From Camelus ferus (Eukaryota), in NCBI RefSeq assembly GCF_009834535.1, contig NC_045696.1, forward strand, positions 72,976,001 to 73,040,000: 64,000 bases of DNA. The letters run 5' to 3'. The position numbers and the translations under genes are program-made. Positions 49,991 to 62,405 of this stretch are shown here, piece by piece (within the stretch, counting starts at the first letter, position 1; every line of letters starts with the position of its first letter). The notes under the pieces are model-generated. The model was given only the letters and a program-made list of their open reading frames with translations, made no database searches and was not told the origin of the DNA.

Positions 49991-51574
49991 CATTTTTAAC
50001 CCTAAGGGACATAATAATTAGCCTGAATGATACAGGATGCTAGGGACATTCCAGTACTAAGAATTAACCCTGGAAAGTGCAAAGCATGATATCCAAATGA
50101 ATTTTTTTAAGTAAACTTTTATCTTCAGACAAAACGCCTCTTGAAAGTCTTCTGTATTCCTATGCACACCAAGTAGTGTTGACTATATCTGGGGTGAGAA
50201 CCCAATGTGCCTCGTAGGGGTACTTTGTAAGGATGACTAGAAATAATACGTATGACTTCTTCCCTACTTCCGACCCTTCCTGACTGTTTTGCACCTTCTA
50301 GTGTTTTATCTTCTATCTCAGACCTCTAACAAAACTGCTTCTATAAGGCTGGGGAAGAGAGCAAGTGTAGAACAGCTTCACTCTTTTAACCTGTACCCTT
50401 CAGCTCCAAAATTTAGCATCCTCTGTGGATTATCTTATAAAATTAAGGAGAGTTTATGAAGGGTCTGGGACCCACAAAGAGCTTCATGAATTTTAAATGT
50501 ACAATTCTGGGAATGGTGTCAGATTATGGATTTCCAAATGGCAGCCACAATCATGACTGAGAACAGATGGTCAAACCACAGGCAACAGAATCAACAGAAT
50601 TTTCTGCCATCCCCAAGAGGCCAACAGAATCGGAAAGAAGTATCTGACATCACCTAAATTGGTAAACAGCTCAAAACAATCTTAATTAACAGTTTGCTGG
50701 CGCACTTAATGACAGAGAGCATGCCTCAGAAGAAACTGGTATTCTCAGGCAGCTCTCATATAATAACCGCACAGGAAAATGGTCTAATGCCCTGGGAAAA
50801 ACAGTCAAAATCAGGCCTTAGGAAATCTTAGTTTTGGTACCAGCTCTGACCCTAGGTGACCTTGGGCAGTAATTTGAACTTTCTAAACCTATTTCCTAGT
50901 CTATCAAATCATGTCCAAGTTACTTTCTTTTAGCTTGAAATCCGTACCCAAAGCAATTTGGGGATGGGGGGGGGGGACTTTAACCATAAATGAGCAAAAG
51001 AAGAATCACGCAAACATTTTAGATCATAATAAAGGAAAATTCATCTTTCAATATACAACAAGAGGCTATAGACGGTAAGCATTAACTACTATTATTCATT
51101 TTGCTACCAGAGTTACTATGGCAGAGAATAGTCTTTTCCTAGAAGTATTAATGCATGTAGCACAGCAAACCTAGTGCCTATGGGTAAGGAGCCTTTCTTA
51201 AAGCAACAAAATCATGTAACATTGTCAGTTAAGCAATGTTGAACTGTTTTTTATGTAGTCATCTTTGGTTCTCCACGTTGTCAGTCTTCTGGAATAGGCT
51301 TGGCAAAGAATGGGTAATCTTTTCAGCATTGCTTGTTATCCAGTGCAAGAAACTCCGATAAGGAAAGACTCCACAATGAGCCTCAGCAAGTAAGCAAAAA
51401 AGTTTCAGCCTGAAATAACTCAAAACTGGTTAGGTCTAGATGCCAACAGGCAAATTTACTATGTAGTTTTTTTGTACCCTCCCTATGTGTCTTTGACAGA
51501 TTTTTTTTAAATGACATACCTTTCTTTTAAAAAAAAATACTGTATTTATTTTGTTTATGGGGGTTTGGAGTGGG

Positions 51575-51696
51575 TTTTTTGTTTTGTTTTGTTTTTTGTG
51601 GGGGGTAATTAGGTATATTTATTTATTTTTATTGGAGGTATTGGGGATTGAACCCAGGACCTCATGCATGTTAAGCATGTGCGATTAGGCTATACA
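51575..51696 (-). mobile_element. vic-1-like SINE, long-tail form, head partly deleted
   Basis: GGTAATTAGG...GGAGGTATTGGGGATTGAACCCAGGACCTCATGCATGTTAAGCATG. Confidence 0.85.
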
Positions 51697-54359
51697 CAAT
51701 TCTTTTTTTTTTTAGGACTGTGTTCAACTTTTCAAGAAAACCTATGTTAGGCATGTGTTTTGTGGAAGTGATGGAAGAAGAGAGGAGAGAGTTTGAAGAG
51801 AAGGGACAGGGTAGTGGGAGAGGGGACAGGATTAAGCTCCTGGGAAGGAAGCCCACTGCTTCTCAAGTTACCATTTGTAAACCCTTTACCCGGTTCTGTT
51901 TGGGCTATTGTTCTGGGTAAATCATCCATTGAAAATCAAGCCCTTCAGCTCATTATATATTCTTCATTTGAGGTGACCAGAATGATTTCCTGAAACCTGG
52001 TTTGGGTGCTAATTACCTGCTCAAACACTTTGTAAATACCTCCATGAATTTGTCACAGGAAAATTTCACTTTTTTATTTTTCTTCAACTGAGCACACTTA
52101 TTGCAAGTTCCCCTTTCAACTTCCTGGTCCTGACAATACAAGCCGTCTAAGCAGAAGGAAGAGCCTTCTGCTGCTCTGGGGACTAAGTGACTCTCCGTTG
52201 CCCCAAGGCATGGCCCGAAGCTCTGACTCAGTTGCTGAGAACTGTTTACCAAAGCCAACCACGTATTTCCGTACAGAGAAGTAAGCTGCCTCCCCAGGCC
52301 CCCCTCCTTCCCTCTGCCATGAGGCAAGGGCCCCTTTTCACAAATACCCGAAGAAACTTGCACTGAAGAGACTTGCCCTCACAGACAGTTCTTTCTCTTT
52401 AGATTTTAAAATAACTGCTTCTGTCAGCCTTCCTCCTCTCCTAACCTTCCAATGAAAAAAACCTCAGACCCAGTATATGTCTTGCTGTTGTGACAGGATG
52501 ATACTTCTATCAACGCTGAAACTGAAATAAAATTATTTTGCTGGGGAAAAATGTTTCTTCATTTACCTATCTCTAATTGATTCAATACAAAATTGTGTTG
52601 CCTTTCCTTCCCTTCCGGCATCTAAATAAATTTCTGTCCAAATGCGTGAATGTAGGTGTCATCTTAAAGAAAATAATCAAAGAAAGCCAGGAAACCATGT
52701 AACGAAACCACACTGACAGAACCAATAGAAGCCAATATTTTAAAGACACCGTCCTTCAATCTTTTATCCCTGGAAAAGAACTGGAAGACTGGAAATATTG
52801 CATCTTGACTGCGCCAGGTTTTTCTCCCCTTTCCTTAAGAAAGCAGAAGGTGAAGGCTGTCTCTACGTGGCACTGTGGTATAAGTGACCGCTGTTGTGGA
52901 GGAGAAAAGCCCATGAAGCTTAAAAATTTTGCAAAGAGAAAACAATCCTCCTGCAGACCACAGTAAATAAAATAACAGCAGTGGGGTGATTTGCAACCAT
53001 GTAACGGGGCTTTTGTCTGGGTCTATTTCTCTAGGCCTTGAGGGTTTCTGTGTTCCTTCTCCGCAGGATCTCAGTGTTTCCCCCTCCATTACAAAGGCCC
53101 AGGGCTTGCGCCCCTCCTCCAGCTGTTCACCCCCAATCTTGCCCATGCTGAGGCTTACTTACAGCAGACTGAAGAGTTTCAGTGGGGTGCAGGGCACTGC
53201 AATTTAGGATTTCTGCAGTACAGGGTGAATTTTCAAGAGTGTATCAGAGAGGGGAGCCAGACTTTAAAAATAGCCTTTACTCATCCTATTAACCATCTCA
53301 CTGCTGGATTGGACTGGTTTTTAAGGCCCGGCCAGGGTTCCTTTTTTGCCTGTAGCACACACCAAAGCTGCTACAGCTGCCTCTGACAGTTTGTATATAG
53401 GCAACCCTTCACTCCGTCCTGCTAACAGTTGAATAAATGTTCTTACTCATTACAGAAAGAACTATAAAAAACTCATCCTCTTCTTCATACTCCGTGTTTG
53501 AAGGTGGGAAAGAGGGGAAGGGATTAGAGGAGTAGAGAGGAGAGGGAGAGGGAAAGAAAGGAGGAGGAAGAGAGAAATCTTGGTGAATGGAGGAGCGAAG
53601 CCTCTTGTTCGGGTTTGTATTGATCTTATTTAAGCATGGGGAGAACTGATGAGTCTGTGATTATTTTAATGACCATGAAACCTGTGCATTCAAAGAAATA
53701 AATGAAGCTATGTAATCACCTTCTAAGTAATATCAAAGAGCCATGAAAGGACTGGGGGAGGGGGCGTCATTGGATAGTAGTATTTACATCATACAGGGCA
53801 CCGCAGGCAAAGGTAAACCAGGGCTTGAGGTATTTCCAGGGGCACTAGAACCTAAAGTTCAATACTCTGTGGCCCTGACCTATCTCAGACACTGAAGCAA
53901 TAATTGCTTCTATTTGCCTGCATTAGCAAGTGAAATGCTGATGTTCGAGGTTGGTGAGTAATTTATAAAGCAAGTAAAAATTTGGAAGTACAAAAATACA
54001 GAATATACCGACATTGGGCAAGCTGAGTCAGAGGGTGCGTTCTACCTGAAGGTTATTGGGACAATATGCTATAATGTTATCTAATAATGAAAACACACTT
54101 GGTTCAATCAGAAGAGGAAACTTCTGATTATCTCAAATAATATGACATTATTTTAATGCGATATAAAATTAAGTGACTGCTCGTCTAAGGAGAGATGCTA
54201 AGAAATATGAGAGACTGACACTGCCCTTGACAGCAGCAAGAAAGAGAAGACAAATACACACACACAGATGACTAGCAATGTGACATTGTTTAATACGAGT
54301 TGTAAATTAGCTGATTATACCATTTGTGACTTTAATGAACTTTCACATTTAATAAGCTA

Positions 54360-54600
54360 GTGCAGCTAAGAGGAGGAGTCCCAACTCTGGAATCTCACAG
54401 ACCTGGTTTTCAATCTTAGTTCTTCCACTTGTTAATCGTCTAATTCAAGAAAAATGGTTTCATGTCTCCAGGCCTCCGTTTTCTCATCTGTAAAATGGGC
54501 AGAACATCATCTGCCTCCTCTGGTTGCTGTGAGGATTAAATAAGATAATAAATGGAAAGCACCTGATTGTATTTGGGCAGGTGCCCAATCATAATGGCTA
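54360..54600 (+). mobile_element. MIR relic, near full length
   Basis: AGACCTGGTTTTCAATC...TTTCTCATCTGTAAAATGGG...GTTGCTGTGAGGATTAAATAAGATAAT. Confidence 0.8.
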
Positions 54601-54773
54601 CTATCAGTCATCTCATTACTCTAAATAAATACATAACAGAAAATCTTAAAAAAAAATTAGGAACCCCAGAAAAATAAAACCTCACTGAAACAAAACAAAA
54701 CAAAACAACCTAAGCCCTTTAAACCATGAAGTTTCTGATGGTGAATCTGTCATTAATAAAGCTCTGCTACAAA

Positions 54774-54953
54774 TAGGGTTGCCAGTTAAAAATGACACTC
54801 ATTTAAATTTTATTATCAGATGAACAACAAATATTTTTAGAATAGTTGAACTATGTCCCAGGCAACATTGCACTAAAAAATCATTTGTTGTTCATCTGAA
54901 ATTCAAATTTAACTGACTGTCCTGCTTTTTTATCTGCCAAATCTTGCAACCTA
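54774..54953. mobile_element. MER53 palindromic hAT-type element
   Basis: TAGGGTTGCCAG...TGCAACCTA termini, internal inverted arms, and flanks GCTACAAA / ACTGCAAA consistent with a decayed 8-bp TSD. Confidence 0.8.
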
Positions 54954-56339
54954 ACTGCAAACAGTAAAGACCTAAGTTTATTTCATTCCTACTTTCTTTA
55001 GACCAAGTCCCTGCTGAGGTAACAGGAAAGGAATTCTTATTTCAGAAAGTTTTAAAAAAAAAGTCAATAAGTGAAATTAATGTTATTAAAATTTTTTTCA
55101 AATATCCCGAAGTTAACTTGGATAAGAGGAAAAAACAACTGCCGTTTTTCCATTTTATAGTTTAGCAAGTGGCTTTGGGTTTTTAACAGTCTCTCACTCA
55201 AGCCATGGCGGTGTGCTGTTTCTAGGCTCCCTTGGCCAGTTCTGAATTTCGTTTTGTTTTGCCTTTCCTCTTTTTCCAGTTCGGGGCTCCATGGAAACTT
55301 GATTATGCAGATAGGCCTGTGGCACTGAGAGTAAACTGACAAATAAGATACCCAGAATGAGATGCTCTGTCCAGAGGAATGGCCCTTTCCAGTAAAGTGG
55401 TATTACGTAGGTGAGGGAAGATGTATGTCCAGGAAATGTTTAGGTCAAGGGAGTAAATGTAAAGGGGTGTTAGGAACATGTCTATGACATTTTGAGCTTG
55501 CTTGATTAACACTTGGGATTCCTTTGTAGTTTATGTTTTCCAAATCGGGTGACAAGTTGAAGACCGACCACAGTACAATGAATTCAGAAACTGACATCAG
55601 CAATAAAGTTAATACTTGAAGCATGAGCTGTGAACTCCTAATTCTGTGAGACACTACCTATGTATGGAGAATATTAATAAGGATTTCTGGTTTAGCTCTG
55701 TCAACAAAAGACCGCATACTTAAGTTTGCTTTCACATATCTCTCTTTACTTGACTTGGTGGTAAAATGGTTGATAAGACGCACACTTATGTATAGATTCA
55801 GATATATTATTCACTAATATAAAAAAGATGAAAAGATTTCAAAAATAATTTTTAGTGTTTAAAATGTTAAAAAGTTTAAAAGTTGCAGATTTCACCTCTA
55901 TTAAGTTCCCTTACTGATCACTGACCCAGATATGCTCGGTTAATTTTTAAAATTTTATGATAGACCAATATTTATTTAAATACCACAGATTTCTTTAACC
56001 ATTTCTAAGTAAATGTTAAGGACTGGGTGGTTTTGAGAACTCTTTCTAGATATTATTATTCTATCAAAATCCCTATTTCATCTTAATTTAGAATTTAAAA
56101 CAAGGAAATGAAAAGAGAAAAAAAAAAGGAATTGCAAAAGCAAACAAAAAGCCAAAAGTACTCGAGGACCACGCATTTTCCTTTGAAGAGCAGAGAAACA
56201 TCATGGGTAATTCGGGCCAGTTGATGTCTAGAGAACTCCAGCTATCAGGACGACTTTGTTGGGAGCAGCCGCCCAACGGTCCTGGCCATTACATGTCAAT
56301 CCGTCAAACCAACAAACAAAAACACCACAGGATTTAGCA

Positions 56340-56365
56340 CAAATGGCATATGACAAATGCAGATG
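56340..56365. promoter_or_regulatory. Cluster of four adjacent E-boxes
   Basis: CAAATG-G-CATATG-A-CAAATG-CAGATG in repeat-free sequence; motif match only. Confidence 0.4.
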
Positions 56366-57179
56366 TGCCTCTGAAAAGAATCTTTTGCTTTTTAAACACC
56401 TGCAAGAATTCCAAAACAACTGGCATGCCTTCCACTCTGCCATAGCCACTCTCCTGACCCTGAGCTCGATGTGGTAAAGAAAAAAAATGCCTAGAATGTA
56501 CAGTCTTCTATTCCCACGTGGAAGAGCAGTGAGGGGCTGAGGAGGAACTAGGGCAGTGTTGATATTATAATGCCATGCACCTGCTTTGGATATAAAAACA
56601 AAGAGTTTATTACAGAAACTGCAGCGTTTTTTCATTTTCCCATTAAGGAGTCGTGAGCAAATTCAAGCATCTTCCTTTTATTAGGTTAACCTTTCCTGAA
56701 TTGAAAGGGCTTTTGAGAGTTTTTTTTACCTTTTCTTCCCCAACAGGTATATTGTCTTCTTTTCACAATTAAAATACCTCCTACATTTTGGTTCAGGCAG
56801 ATGAGTCATTTGTAGTCCTGCTGCAAAGCAGTGTTTCTTAGATACGGAACAACCAAAAAATAAAATCTAGTTTACACTTTTATAGACTTTTTTGATTAAA
56901 AAGACAAGCACCCCCACACACACTACCTTTCTGTTTGATGAACATTTTTCCGTCTAAAAAAATATATTGCCAAAGAAAACCTAATTCATTCCCAGGAAAT
57001 CTTCCTACTGTGTGCAGTTTAGCTGGTATCTTTTGAAATGTCATCCTTGTAAAATGGGTACTATGAAACCACAGCTAACATAAATGTTTTTAAGGTAGTC
57101 AGTTGGTACAGGAAAATTCTCTTGAATCCAGTAATTTTGTTTGCCAGAGGCAGTTTGATACTATTTTTCATCTCTTCCT

Positions 57180-57275
57180 TAACAATTATACAATCTGTTA
57201 TTTATGTATACAGAGTTACCAAACATTATATATAACAATTATAGCAATCTGTTACAATATGTATACATAGTCACC
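57180..57275. repeat. Diverged tandem duplication, period 53 bp
   Basis: TAACAATTATACAATCTGTTATTTATGTATACAGAGTTACC (57180) vs TAACAATTATAGCAATCTGTTACAATATGTATACATAGTCACC (57233). Confidence 0.8.
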
Positions 57276-59339
57276 CAGTAGGATCTCTTGGGTTAGTAGT
57301 CAAGCTATAAATACAGATAGGGCACTACTATGTTATCAGAAAGAATGTCAGCGAGAGCAAGCTGCCCAGTAGCAAATTACAAAGTTTTGGCTCCCAAGAA
57401 TGAGATGCGTTGTTTGCTCATGCACACTGCAGCTGCCTCTCCCCTACAAGCCCCCCCTTTTTCGGTGGTTTATTACACACAAGCTACTAATGAATGGGAG
57501 CCGCTGTCTTACAGTACACCACACTTACAGGACTTATCTCTAGGCCTACCACAGATTTGACTGATCAACAGCAGGGCACCGCCATCATAATTCTTCCTAG
57601 AAACAGGAGTATAAAAAGGGGTTTGTTGGAGGTTGGCTGGGATCTGCAGAGAATCCTGCCCGCAGGGCTTGCCGATGCCATCACTAGCTGTTATGGTCTT
57701 TGGCCTAATAAGGTACAGAAACAAAGATTGTTCACTTATTCAAGAAGACTAAAGCACCAGAATGATGGAAAGTAGAGGCAGCAGGGCACCCATCCAAGTG
57801 GGATTAAGGCCACAAGTGCAACTTTATAGGGCTGTCTGGGTGGCAGAATAAGGATCTGCAGCTGAAAATCCAGTTCAAACGTAATTTATTATATGTCATT
57901 CATAGCTAAAGGTGGCTGTCATTAGGAGTTAAATTGTTGCATTTTGTCCAACTGATTTTGGTAAGTATTTTTGTAAGCTTCTTACATGTTATCATAATTC
58001 AGAAACAGAGGCAGAAACAGAAGGTAAACAAAAGAAGGTAAAATATATATGTGTATCTGGAAAATGGTCTCAGTGCTTCCTTTTTTTCTTCCCCCATTCT
58101 CTGCTACAAGTCACACTGTGTCTGTCCTTTGAGTTTCTAAATCTTAATGTTGCTCTCATTGCAGTAAAATATCACAATTGGTGTCCCCAAGGCTTTTTCA
58201 AACTTTCAGGTAAACATCAACAAAATAAATTCACCTATTTCCCCACAAAACAAATACACTCACCCTGTTTTATATAAGGAAATTTCTACTTGGAGAAGTC
58301 GTTTGCCTCAGTCCTGAAGTCACTGAATGACCTCGCTGAGAATGAGATTCTGAAGTTAAACCTCGTGGTCTTTTCATCATACTTTCCCAATGTTGGCAGT
58401 ATAGTAAGACTAGCAGCAACAACAAAGTATACCTATATATATATATATATTTTTTAATTTCATCTGTTCTGTGATCCCAAACACTGCTAGAATTATATAG
58501 AAATGTGGGTTATTAGTAAGGGTATTTCCACAATGAGCTGTGCACATGTTGAAGTCACTGCACAATCGTCTCTTGTCTGAGAGGGAGGACTAAACTTGGC
58601 TGAGGCTTCACTGTGGACGACATGTTCTAAGACCATGATAACTTAAAGTCAATTTGATTGGTTCTTATATGCATTTGTAGTTAATGAAGTTTTATATTAA
58701 TATCATTTAGTAGAGTGTGATAATTTATAGCATTTGGGTATGGGAGGTATGGGTACCCAGTCCTAAGAGATCAGACCAAGGTTACTGGAGGGTGTACCAT
58801 CTAGGGAGACTAGACATAAATGTGGCAGTTTTTCAAATAATATTCTTTCTAACAGTCAAATAGCAAGTCATTCTCTCTACTACCCTCCCACCGCCATGTT
58901 TTCTGTATCTTCCTTTCAAACCACTGAAGCATTTAAGATTGGTGTCATAATTTTAGTATTTTTATTAGTGCCTAGGACATTGCTAGGCTTACTACTTTAA
59001 TGAGTCTTTTAGTACATTCCCTTATATCTCTCTGCTCACGTGCACTTTGGCAACACATTAACTCGTAGTTGCCTGGTGCTTATTTCAGAAAGTATAAATG
59101 TCTTATTGTGACATAAGAAGCACTATATTTATGAAGCTATTCTAAGTCAAATGGTGAAATTTGAGGTCAGACAGTGTGAAACTGTGTTAAACTAGTTCTC
59201 CTCTGAACTCTGTTACTTATTAGCTATTTGACCTTATGCAATTCACTAAACTTCTCTGAGCCTCATTTTGATCATTTATAAAATGGGGCTATCTTATTGG
59301 CCTGCCTCTTCTGCATCCCTTGTTTTATATTCAAGGACA

Positions 59340-59560
59340 GGATATTAGCAACTGCTTTGAAGCAGAAATACCCGGAGACAATCTAAATGACCATCAACAG
59401 GCGAATGGTTAAAGAAATTCTGATCCAGCCCTCCTGTGGGGTATTAGGCAGCAGTTACAAAGAGTGAAATAGATCAATCTGTGGTATAAGAATGTTCTCC
59501 CTGACATATTATCAAGTCAGAAAAAACACATAATAAAATCTCATTTGTTTAAAAAAGAAT
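59340..59560 (+). mobile_element. Ancient L1ME fragment
   Basis: GGAGACAATCTAAATGACCATCAACAGGCGAATGGTTAAAGAAATT. Confidence 0.6.
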
Positions 59561-59594
59561 TTAGTATATATGTGTATTCATAATAATAGGAGTA

Positions 59595-59800
59595 GTTAAC
59601 CCTTATAAAATGCTTACTGAGTGCCAAGCATTGCTCCAAGAAGTTTATATATAAGCTTACTTAATCCTTATAATAACTCAATACAATAGTACTGTTGTCA
59701 TCCCTACTTTTACAGATGAGTAAACTGAAATCCTGCATGTGGTAAATAGCAGAGCTGGGACCCAAACCTTGACTGTCTAGGTCCAGTCTATGTTCTTCAC
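59595..59800 (-). mobile_element. MIR relic
   Basis: TGCTTACTGAGTGCCAAGCATTG...TTAATCCTTATAATAAC...TTTTACAGATGAGTAAACTGA. Confidence 0.8.
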
Positions 59801-59867
59801 TATTATCTGTCTATCTTCCTGTCTATCTAGCTATCAATCTATCGATTATCATCTATCTGCCTGTCTT

Positions 59868-59899
59868 TCCATCCATCCATCCATCCATCCATCCATCCA
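59868..59899. repeat. (TCCA)8 tetranucleotide microsatellite
   Basis: Perfect TCCA run following a degenerate TCTA tract. Confidence 0.92.
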
Positions 59900-60754
59900 C
59901 CTTTCTGAGACCCGGAAAGATACACACATTTGGAGAAGTAACGAAGGGCATTTTCACTTTTTAATTCTACACATCACTTTCACTTCTGCTTCTATAAACT
60001 TTTCTATTATTTACAGTGTCATAGTCAAGTTTAGAAGAATAGTGCTGGGGATATCTGATATACATCTGCAGTAATCATAAAGGAAAAGCTTTACAAACAA
60101 GTGGTTCTTAAGTGGGTACTGAAAGCAGCATCAATAATCTACTTTGGGTGGGGCCTTAAATATGAATATTGTTCATATCTTTGAGGGCAGGGTATCTTTG
60201 AGGGTATGAGACCTATTTCTTTTCATTGCAACACCTTTTTCTTTTAATAGCACCTACCTCGTCCCTTATGAGTACTCAAAATTTTGTTTGCTGACAGAAG
60301 GTAGCCTGTAAGTAAAAGACTTCCATTAGGGCAGAGCAATAGATTGAGACTACATAGAAGAGCAAAGTTAAATTGAATTAAATGTATGATTCTGGACAAT
60401 TAACCAGTGCTTTATCCAATTGGAAGTTTTAAAATGATTTTTTTCTTCTCTTAAGCTGAAGATTCATTCACTTCAAAAATACATTTTTAAGATATGGTAT
60501 TTATTTGTAACTCTGTAATGGAACTCTGGGAGCCAGTGGCACATAAGAAGTGACCCATAAAATATCTTTGAAAGAGAATGATTGATTTTCCATAAGTCCT
60601 CAGTTTAACATTTGAAATGTTATTTCACAAATATGAGAAATAGATATCCAGGTGAAGATACTGAGGAACACAGAGGCACCCAGAGTCAGGAATAAGTTAG
60701 TGTAAGAAGCACTAGATTCCTCACATGCATCCCTTATCACTGAATTTTAACTCT

Positions 60755-60914
60755 TTTTAATTTTTTAAAATTTATTTATTCTTACATTATTTAATTTTAG
60801 TGGTGGGGGGAGTAATTAGGTTTCTTTCTTTTTAGAGGAGATACTGGGGATTGAACCCAGGACCTCCTGCACACTAAGCATGTGCTCTGCCACTTGAGCT
60901 ATATACCCTCCCCC
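60755..60914 (-). mobile_element. vic-1-like SINE, long-tail form
   Basis: GTAATTAGGTTT...GGAGATACTGGGGATTGAACCCAGGACCTCCTGCAC...GAGCTATATACCCTCCCC. Confidence 0.88.
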
Positions 60915-62279
60915 TCTCTCTTTAAAATAAATGTTTTCGTTACCAGTAAAAGGTTGCCATGGCACTTACGATGACAGTATTTCCTCAATGAAGAAAGTAT
61001 AGAATGGCCCATTAAAATAGATAAGACTCAGCCTCACTTTGTGTTATTCTAGAAACTTTATTTTAAATCCACTAAATAACTTTCTATGGAACACTGTAGA
61101 ATTTCCCTTCTCCACCTTTCCCCTCCTCCTCGAATATGGCTCCATATCTGTCTACCCACTCGTCAAGGCCCATGTTCTCCATCATGCTTCTCCAGGCTAC
61201 TCTACATTTTCATAGCTGTTTGTTTATACTTTTACCATAACTTCTTCTGAAGAGACCCTTGTGCACATGCCAATTTCTCTTTCCTGGATAGCTGGTCTCA
61301 AATCTTGCGTTTTTCTATATTTTAAAATTCTAATCCCTACTCTCTCAATTATGCTTACTCAATGGATAGGAGGCACCCAACAGTACTCAACACAGACAGG
61401 TTTCTCAGTAAATTATTCCATAATCAGGAACTGTATCTATCTACTAGCACTCAAGTATACTAGATATATTCACAATATTGAGAGATAGAAAAAAAATCTG
61501 ATATTATAGAAATTAATACCCAAATAATTAACTGAATTTTTCACTATACATTGTGATTTTCTACTATATAGATATATAATATTCCTTTCAGACAAATACA
61601 GAACATTTTTATCCCTAGTTGACTTGCTTAAAAACCTCATTGGGAAAAAAATTTGTAAAATAAAATCCTATTTTTCAAAAATTAGATTACTTTGTCCAGA
61701 TTGATAACAGCTTCAGGAGACAGAGAGAGAAAGACAGAGAGAAAGAGAGAGAAAAGAAAACATGTCTTTGATATTACAATATATTGGGCAGGGGAAAATG
61801 AGGACTCTCTGATCTTTATGCTTTCTGATGCTAGTAATGGTGCTTCTGTGTACTTACATAAACATTTTATGTGGCAATTGACAAAATTTCTTTTCAAATT
61901 CCTCAAATAACTCTCCTCCTCCTCTTCTTCTTCTTCCTGCTCCTCCTTCTTCCTCCTCCACCTTCTTTCTCCTTTGCAACATGAGAATTTTACATGAATA
62001 CTAACCAGTAGCTTAGATGACTTAGAAATACTATAAAGACAGCAAGAGGGACCTTGCCAGAATCCATAACATTAAAAGTTGATCCCGAGGTTGGATTTTG
62101 GTTGTCAGAGAACTCTTCATATTGTACTTAGGGTTCTTTGACTTGAACGTTTAACTCTAGTGAGTGCTGTGTTGTGCTTTAGTTATCAGTTTGGCATAAT
62201 ACATTGTATAGATAAGTCCCTTAACCCAAGCTGCCCTACATTTTAAAACACAACCACCTAAAAACTGATGATTAACACA

Positions 62280-62405
62280 AGAAGAAGGGAGGGAGGAAAA
62301 GAGAGAAGAAAGGAGGGAAAGAGGTAGGGGAGAGAAGACAAGAAGAAAGAAAGAAGGAAAGGAAGGAGGAAAAGGAGGAAGTGGGGAAGGAAGAAAGGGA
62401 GGAAA
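62280..62405. repeat. Polypurine (GA-rich) tract
   Basis: About 125 bp almost exclusively A/G. Confidence 0.85.

Noticed and set aside
56088..56635. ORFs of 62-135 aa in conserved-looking sequence
   Set aside because: No recognisable product or coding splice structure; better explained as non-coding regulatory DNA
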